This document shows positions 58,818 through 64,000 of a stretch of 64,000 bases of DNA, piece by piece. The DNA is from Escherichia coli. GTDB taxonomy: Bacteria; Pseudomonadota; Gammaproteobacteria; Enterobacterales; Enterobacteriaceae. Location of the stretch: assembly GCF_009931435.1 (NCBI RefSeq), contig NZ_CP043414.1; one strand, given 5' to 3'. Below the pieces are notes generated by a model. It was not told where the DNA came from and did not search any database. It saw only the letters and a list, made by a program, of their open reading frames with translations. Every line of letters starts with the position of its first letter. Positions within the stretch are counted from its first letter, which is position 1. The position numbers and the translations under genes are program-made.

Positions 58818-58869
58818 ATACCACCCACGTCTGCGGACGTGGTTGGCTCTGATGACAAACGCCAAACTG

Positions 58870-58967
58870 CCTGATGCGCTACGCTTATCAGGCCTACGCA
58901 GCTCCTGCAATATATTAAATTTTCATGCTTTTGTAGGCAGGATAAGGCGTTCACGCCGCATCCGGCA
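58870..58967. repeat. REP elements between umpH and asnB
   Basis: gcctgatgcgctacgcttatcaggcctac and gtaggcaggataaggcgttcacgccgcatccggca. Confidence 0.5.
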
Positions 58968-59213
58968 TGAACAAATCGCACTTTGTCAGCAATTTGGCCC
59001 CCGTAAAATATAACCATTTAATAAAACCCGCTAAAAATTATCGATTCATCAATAAATACATCCTCACACCAGACCTTTTTTCACCAATCGACAATCACCA
59101 TTACGTTTTTTATTTTCCCCCTGCCAAATCGCTTGCGCACAGTGCTGCTTTGCGGCATTTTTTTAAACAAGCAAACACAACAAGCAACAAATACCAGGTT
59201 AACGGAGAAGGTT

Positions 59214-60878
59214 ATGTGTTCAATTTTTGGCGTATTCGATATCAAAACAGACGCAGTTGAGCTGCGTAAGAAAGCACTCGAGCTGTCACGCCTGATGCGT
59301 CATCGTGGCCCGGACTGGTCCGGTATTTATGCCAGCGATAACGCCATTCTCGCCCACGAACGTCTGTCCATTGTTGACGTTAACGCGGGGGCGCAACCTC
59401 TCTACAACCAACAAAAAACTCATGTGCTGGCAGTAAACGGTGAAATCTACAACCACCAGGCATTGCGCGCTGAATATGGCGATCGTTACCAGTTCCAGAC
59501 CGGGTCTGACTGTGAAGTGATCCTCGCGCTGTATCAGGAAAAAGGGCCGGAATTTCTCGACGATTTGCAGGGCATGTTCGCTTTTGCCCTGTACGACAGC
59601 GAAAAAGATGCGTATCTGATTGGTCGCGACCATCTGGGGATCATCCCGCTATATATGGGCTATGACGAACACGGTCAGCTGTATGTGGCCTCAGAAATGA
59701 AAGCTCTCGTGCCAGTATGCCGCACGATTAAAGAGTTCCCGGCGGGGAGCTATTTATGGAGTCAGGACGGCGAAATCCGTTCTTATTATCACCGCGACTG
59801 GTTCGACTACGATGCGGTGAAAGATAACGTGACCGACAAAAACGAGCTGCGTCAGGCACTGGAAGATTCCGTTAAAAGCCATCTGATGTCTGATGTGCCT
59901 TACGGTGTGCTGCTTTCTGGTGGTCTGGATTCCTCAATTATTTCCGCGATCACCAAGAAATACGCCGCCCGTCGCGTGGAAGATCAGGAACGCTCTGAAG
60001 CCTGGTGGCCGCAGCTGCACTCCTTTGCTGTAGGTCTGCCGGGTTCACCGGATCTGAAGGCAGCCCAGGAAGTGGCAAACCATCTGGGCACTGTGCATCA
60101 TGAAATTCACTTCACTGTACAGGAAGGTCTGGACGCCATCCGCGACGTGATTTACCACATCGAAACCTATGATGTGACCACTATTCGCGCTTCAACACCG
60201 ATGTATTTAATGTCGCGTAAGATCAAAGCGATGGGCATTAAAATGGTACTGTCCGGTGAAGGTTCTGATGAAGTGTTTGGCGGTTATCTCTACTTCCACA
60301 AAGCGCCGAACGCTAAAGAACTGCATGAAGAGACGGTGCGCAAACTGTTGGCCCTGCATATGTATGACTGCGCGCGCGCCAACAAAGCGATGTCCGCCTG
60401 GGGCGTGGAAGCGCGCGTTCCGTTCCTCGACAAGAAATTCCTCGACGTGGCGATGCGCATTAACCCGCAGGATAAAATGTGCGGTAACGGCAAGATGGAA
60501 AAACACATCCTGCGTGAATGTTTTGAGTCGTACCTGCCTGCAAGTGTGGCCTGGCGGCAGAAAGAGCAGTTCTCCGATGGCGTCGGTTACAGTTGGATCG
60601 ATACCCTGAAAGAAGTGGCGGCGCAGCAGGTTTCTGATCAACAGCTGGAAACTGCCCGCTTCCGCTTCCCGTACAACACGCCGACGTCCAAAGAAGCGTA
60701 TCTGTACCGGGAGATCTTTGAAGAACTGTTCCCGCTTCCGAGCGCCGCAGAGTGCGTGCCGGGCGGCCCGTCCGTCGCGTGTTCTTCCGCTAAAGCGATT
60801 GAATGGGATGAGGCGTTCAAGAAAATGGACGATCCGTCTGGTCGTGCGGTTGGTGTTCACCAGTCGGCGTATAAGTAA
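59214..60878 (+). CDS. asnB: asparagine synthetase B (glutamine-hydrolysing)
   Basis: start taken at MCSIFGVFDIKTDAVELRKKALE (554 aa) within ORF 59133..60878; N-terminal Cys nucleophile. Confidence 0.97.
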   Translation: MCSIFGVFDIKTDAVELRKKALELSRLMRHRGPDWSGIYASDNAILAHERLSIVDVNAGAQPLYNQQKTHVLAVNGEIYNHQALRAEYGDRYQFQTGSDCEVILALYQEKGPEFLDDLQGMFAFALYDSEKDAYLIGRDHLGIIPLYMGYDEHGQLYVASEMKALVPVCRTIKEFPAGSYLWSQDGEIRSYYHRDWFDYDAVKDNVTDKNELRQALEDSVKSHLMSDVPYGVLLSGGLDSSIISAITKKYAARRVEDQERSEAWWPQLHSFAVGLPGSPDLKAAQEVANHLGTVHHEIHFTVQEGLDAIRDVIYHIETYDVTTIRASTPMYLMSRKIKAMGIKMVLSGEGSDEVFGGYLYFHKAPNAKELHEETVRKLLALHMYDCARANKAMSAWGVEARVPFLDKKFLDVAMRINPQDKMCGNGKMEKHILRECFESYLPASVAWRQKEQFSDGVGYSWIDTLKEVAAQQVSDQQLETARFRFPYNTPTSKEAYLYREIFEELFPLPSAAECVPGGPSVACSSAKAIEWDEAFKKMDDPSGRAVGVHQSAYK

Positions 60879-60919
60879 GAAATGCGGTACTGCCCCGGAG
60901 AAATCCGGGGCTGTTTCAG

Positions 60920-61357
60920 TTATTGAGCTGCTTGTTGATTCTGATATGCAGTAAGGAAATGTTCCGGGTTTGCCACATCACTGTTTGACAACTCATCACT
61001 GTAGGCCACCGACCAGGTCGCCTGCTCATCCGGAATATGCAGGCTGCCATTCCCCTCTTTCAGGCGTAATAACTCAAAAGATTTGCCCTTAATTACGGCG
61101 GTATAGGATTTTTCACCTTCCTGTAATGCTTTCACTTTACAGCGAAAAATCTGGCCATCGATGTCATTATCAACATGCGATACCTGAATGAGGGCTTCAT
61201 TAGAGGCTTTCGGCCCTATCCGCATCATCCACACCACAGCGCCTTCCTGCCCACGATAGCCAAAAACATATTTCCCGATTTCCGGTTTGACCGTATCGGC
61301 AAACGCAGATTGCATGAGTAATAACGCCCCCATCAGCGCCGTCATAAAACGCAGCAT
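60920..61357 (-). CDS. hypothetical periplasmic protein, 145 aa, with signal peptide
   Basis: ORF MLRFMTALMGALLLMQSAFA/DTVKPE with gaggg Shine-Dalgarno ~7 nt upstream; host-like codon usage; identity not recognised. Confidence 0.6.
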   Translation of the reverse strand: MLRFMTALMGALLLMQSAFADTVKPEIGKYVFGYRGQEGAVVWMMRIGPKASNEALIQVSHVDNDIDGQIFRCKVKALQEGEKSYTAVIKGKSFELLRLKEGNGSLHIPDEQATWSVAYSDELSNSDVANPEHFLTAYQNQQAAQ

Positions 61358-61599
61358 AGTATTCCCTCAATAAATCGCCTGAAGTGGTAGCAGAGATGCA
61401 GGCGTAGCGATCCCTGCCCTGTCCTGTTGCAACGGGCCAGTATTTCATAGATTAATTTCCTACCACTATTGTTGAATTCCGAATTTCATCCTGTATGACA
61501 AAAGAATGGCTGTAGGGTGGGGAAAAAACACAAAGTAAACAATAATTGACGAATATAGCGCCACGCTGTTCGCAACCTAACCAAACAGTCACTTTCGAG

Positions 61600-61656
61600 C
61601 AATTTTCCTTGAAAAAGAGGTTGACGCTGCAAGGCTCTATACGCATAATGCGCCCC
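61600..61656 (+). promoter_or_regulatory. stable-RNA-type promoter of the tRNA operon
   Basis: -35 ttgacg (61621-61626), 17-nt spacer, -10 cataat, then GC-rich discriminator gcgcccc; AT-rich tract upstream. Confidence 0.5.
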
Positions 61657-61688
61657 GCAACGCCGATAAGGTATCGCGAAAAAAAGAT

Positions 61689-61765
61689 GGCTACGTAGCT
61701 CAGTTGGTTAGAGCACATCACTCATAATGATGGGGTCACAGGTTCGAATCCCGTCGTAGCCACCA
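61689..61765 (+). tRNA. metT: tRNA-Met (elongator, anticodon CAT)
   Basis: 77-nt cloverleaf ggctacgtagctcagttggttagagcac...ccacca, anticodon loop ctcataa. Confidence 0.95.
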
Positions 61766-61773
61766 TCTTTTTT

Positions 61774-61858
61774 GCGGGAGTGGCGAAATTGGTAGACGCA
61801 CCAGATTTAGGTTCTGGCGCCGCAAGGTGTGCGAGTTCAAGTCTCGCCTCCCGCACCA
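61774..61858 (+). tRNA. leuW: tRNA-Leu (anticodon TAG)
   Basis: 85-nt class II tRNA gcgggagtggcgaaattggtagacgc... with long variable arm, anticodon loop tttaggt. Confidence 0.95.
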
Positions 61859-61881
61859 TTCACCAGAAAGCGTTGTACGGA

Positions 61882-61956
61882 TGGGGTATCGCCAAGCGGT
61901 AAGGCACCGGTTTTTGATACCGGCATTCCCTGGTTCGAATCCAGGTACCCCAGCCA
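61882..61956 (+). tRNA. glnU: tRNA-Gln (anticodon TTG)
   Basis: 75-nt tggggtatcgccaagcggtaaggcaccggtttttgataccgg...; symbol assigned by order. Confidence 0.93.
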
Positions 61957-61990
61957 TCTTCTTCGAGTAAGCGGTTCACCGCCCGGTTAT

Positions 61991-62065
61991 TGGGGTATCG
62001 CCAAGCGGTAAGGCACCGGTTTTTGATACCGGCATTCCCTGGTTCGAATCCAGGTACCCCAGCCA
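61991..62065 (+). tRNA. glnW: tRNA-Gln (anticodon TTG), tandem copy
   Basis: identical to the previous tRNA-Gln(TTG); symbol assigned by order. Confidence 0.93.
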
Positions 62066-62080
62066 TCGAAGAAACAATCT

Positions 62081-62157
62081 GGCTACGTAGCTCAGTTGGT
62101 TAGAGCACATCACTCATAATGATGGGGTCACAGGTTCGAATCCCGTCGTAGCCACCA
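62081..62157 (+). tRNA. metU: tRNA-Met (elongator, anticodon CAT), second copy
   Basis: identical to metT sequence. Confidence 0.95.
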
Positions 62158-62205
62158 AATTCTGAATGTGTCGAATGCGTTCGGCAAATTCACAAACCAA
62201 TTTGT

Positions 62206-62280
62206 TGGGGTATCGCCAAGCGGTAAGGCACCGGATTCTGATTCCGGCATTCCGAGGTTCGAATCCTCGTACCCCAGCCA
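62206..62280 (+). tRNA. glnV: tRNA-Gln (anticodon CTG)
   Basis: 75-nt tggggtatcgccaagcggtaaggcaccggattctgattccgg... Confidence 0.93.
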
Positions 62281-62317
62281 ATTTATTCAAGACGCTTACC
62301 TTGTAAGTGCACCCAGT

Positions 62318-62392
62318 TGGGGTATCGCCAAGCGGTAAGGCACCGGATTCTGATTCCGGCATTCCGAGGTTCGAATCCTCGTACCCCAGCCA
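62318..62392 (+). tRNA. glnX: tRNA-Gln (anticodon CTG), tandem copy
   Basis: identical to the previous tRNA-Gln(CTG). Confidence 0.93.
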
Positions 62393-62399
62393 CATTAAA

Positions 62400-62429
62400 A
62401 AAGCTCGCTTCGGCGAGCTTTTTGCTTTT
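62400..62429 (+). terminator. intrinsic terminator of the tRNA operon
   Basis: hairpin aagctcgc-ttcg-gcgagctt followed by tttgctttt. Confidence 0.75.
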
Positions 62430-62480
62430 CTGCGTATATTCAATGTCGAATGCGATGTTGACACGTCTTATTCTTCAAAG

Positions 62481-62516
62481 TCGGATGCGACGCTGATGCG
62501 TCTTATCCGACCTACA
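62481..62516. repeat. REP element
   Basis: gtcggatgcgacgctgatgcgtcttatccgacctac. Confidence 0.5.
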
Positions 62517-62545
62517 GTTGGCATGCATCCGGCAATGTTGTAAGG

Positions 62546-63721
62546 CTACAACCCTAACGCATATTTCAGCGCCTGCCGTTTCAATACGCCAGCACGCTCC
62601 GCCGCCATTAACCCGAGATTACGCATAAAACGCAGTGGCGGCAGATTATTGCTGAATCCGGCATAAAACAGATCCATACCGCTTTGCATAATGAAGTTAT
62701 CCGCCATACGCCGCATCTGGTAACGCTTGAGGACAGGATAACTGGCCCACGCTTCACCGTAGCTGCGGGCATTCACCAGAACGTCAATCAGCGCATCAAC
62801 ATCGCGATAACCAAGATTCACCCCCTGCCCCGCCAGCGGATGAATGGTGTGCGCCGCATCGCCCACCAGCGCAAGCCCTGGCTGCACATACTGCAACGCA
62901 TGGCGGCGCGTCAGCGGAAACGCACCAGCAGCAAGCGGCGTTACATAACCCAGACGTGACGGGAAATGCTTCGCGATTTCCGCCTGGAGCTGCGCCATAT
63001 TCATATTCTGCAACTGGCGAATACGCGCTGGTGAGTCGTACCACACCAGCGATGCCCAGTTATCAAACAGCGGCAAAAACGCACGCGGCCCGTCCGGAGT
63101 AAACTGCTGCCAGGTGCTGTCGCCGGGATCATTCTCGCACTGTACGCTAATCAACATACACGACTGCGCATACTGCCAGGCATGAACGCCAATTCCCGCC
63201 ATTTGCCGCACCTGCGAATTTGCACCGTCAGCGCCAATCACCAGCTTCGCCTGGATCACTTCGCCCCCCTTCAGTTCCAGTTCCTGAAGATCATTATGGC
63301 GATGCAGAGCAATTAGTGAGCCTGGCACACGTAACGTTACTTTCGGATGCGCTTCCAGCGCCTGCCACAGCGCCTGTTGCAGGACAGTGTTTTCCACCAT
63401 ATAGCCAAGCAACGGCAGCTTCAATTCGGCTGCATCAAACACCACATGCGCCGTTTCCCACTCCCACGTTTCCAGTCTGCGATAAGGATGGCAACGCATG
63501 GCCTGTACCGCGTCCCAGACGCCTAAACCTTTAAGCAATGATACCGAAGCCGCACTAATCGCCGAGATCCGCACGTCAGGCTGGCTGTCAGCGACAAACG
63601 GTGCAGGCTCTGCATGCTCGATTACCGTTACCGAAAATCCGTGCTGAGCCAGTCCCAGCGCCAGTGCGCCGCCGACCATTCCTCCGCCGACAATGGCAAT
63701 TTCCGTTGGTTGATTTGTCAT
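62546..63721 (-). CDS. ubiF: FAD-dependent ubiquinone biosynthesis hydroxylase
   Basis: ORF 62546..63727 with N-terminal FAD motif IAIVGGGMVGGALALGLAQ; start chosen at second Met. Confidence 0.93.
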   Translation of the reverse strand: MTNQPTEIAIVGGGMVGGALALGLAQHGFSVTVIEHAEPAPFVADSQPDVRISAISAASVSLLKGLGVWDAVQAMRCHPYRRLETWEWETAHVVFDAAELKLPLLGYMVENTVLQQALWQALEAHPKVTLRVPGSLIALHRHNDLQELELKGGEVIQAKLVIGADGANSQVRQMAGIGVHAWQYAQSCMLISVQCENDPGDSTWQQFTPDGPRAFLPLFDNWASLVWYDSPARIRQLQNMNMAQLQAEIAKHFPSRLGYVTPLAAGAFPLTRRHALQYVQPGLALVGDAAHTIHPLAGQGVNLGYRDVDALIDVLVNARSYGEAWASYPVLKRYQMRRMADNFIMQSGMDLFYAGFSNNLPPLRFMRNLGLMAAERAGVLKRQALKYALGL

Positions 63722-63866
63722 GGTCAATCATCCTGTTAGCAATATGCTTTAAGTTTACAGGATTTTTACCCCCAAGGGCTGATAACGCTCATACTGGTCA
63801 CAACGGCAGCAAAGCATTACACTATGCGCCCTGCATTCCTGGCTACTATTTCGCAAGAGCAAGTCG

Positions 63867-64000
63867 ATGACCAAAAAACTCCATATTAAAACCTGGGGCT
63901 GTCAGATGAACGAGTACGATTCATCGAAGATGGCCGATCTGCTGGATGCCACCCACGGCTATCAACTGACCGACGTGGCGGAAGAAGCGGATGTGCTGCT
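63867..64000 (+). CDS. miaB: tRNA-i6A37 methylthiotransferase, N-terminal 44 codons (continues beyond window)
   Basis: hand-translated [28 protein letters not shown] from ATG at 63867. Confidence 0.9.

Noticed and set aside
58821-58846. Palindrome cacgtctgcggacgtg just after umpH as an intrinsic terminator
   Set aside because: Hairpin is present but not followed by a U-run on the plus strand; left uncalled.

Overview
This window reads as an Escherichia coli-type chromosomal segment, almost entirely conserved housekeeping backbone, with one small compositionally foreign island as the main lead. All gene identities are from reading the translated ORFs against remembered E. coli protein sequences; no database search was run. 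Gene order (left to right) is: an RtcB-like gene tail, sucDCBA(-), sdhBADC(-), gltA(+), a cryptic chaperone-usher fimbrial operon ybgD-Q-P-O(+), abrB, nei, pxpACB-ybgI(-), dtpD, phr-ybgA(-), the island, ybfA, kdpFABCDE(+), speFL-speF-potE(+), ybfG, ybfP, pgm-seqA(-), ybfF, ybfE, fldA, uof-fur, chiQ-chiP(-), glnS, nagE(-), nagBACD(+), asnB, an unassigned periplasmic-protein gene, a seven-tRNA operon (metT-leuW-glnU-glnW-metU-glnV-glnX), ubiF(-) and the start of miaB. This is collinear, in reverse orientation, with the K-12 miaB-to-sucD interval as I recall it, but it is not K-12. The ~2.3 kb interval between ybgA and ybfA (26.6-28.9 kb), where K-12 carries the rhsC element, instead holds five small minus-strand genes: a SUKH-like immunity-type protein, an 85-aa protein, a 46-aa glycine-zipper membrane peptide missed by the ORF track, and two translationally coupled proteins of 155 and 149 aa. 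I read this as an orphan toxin-remnant/immunity island and the best candidate for something undescribed; its function is inference only. Secondary observations: a ~143 bp degenerate copy of the kdpE 3' end lies downstream of potE, so the speFL-speF-potE module is bracketed by direct repeats; the window opens inside an RtcB-family gene convergent with sucD; and a signal-peptide protein gene sits between asnB and the tRNA operon. No CRISPR array, IS element, integrase or prophage gene was seen.
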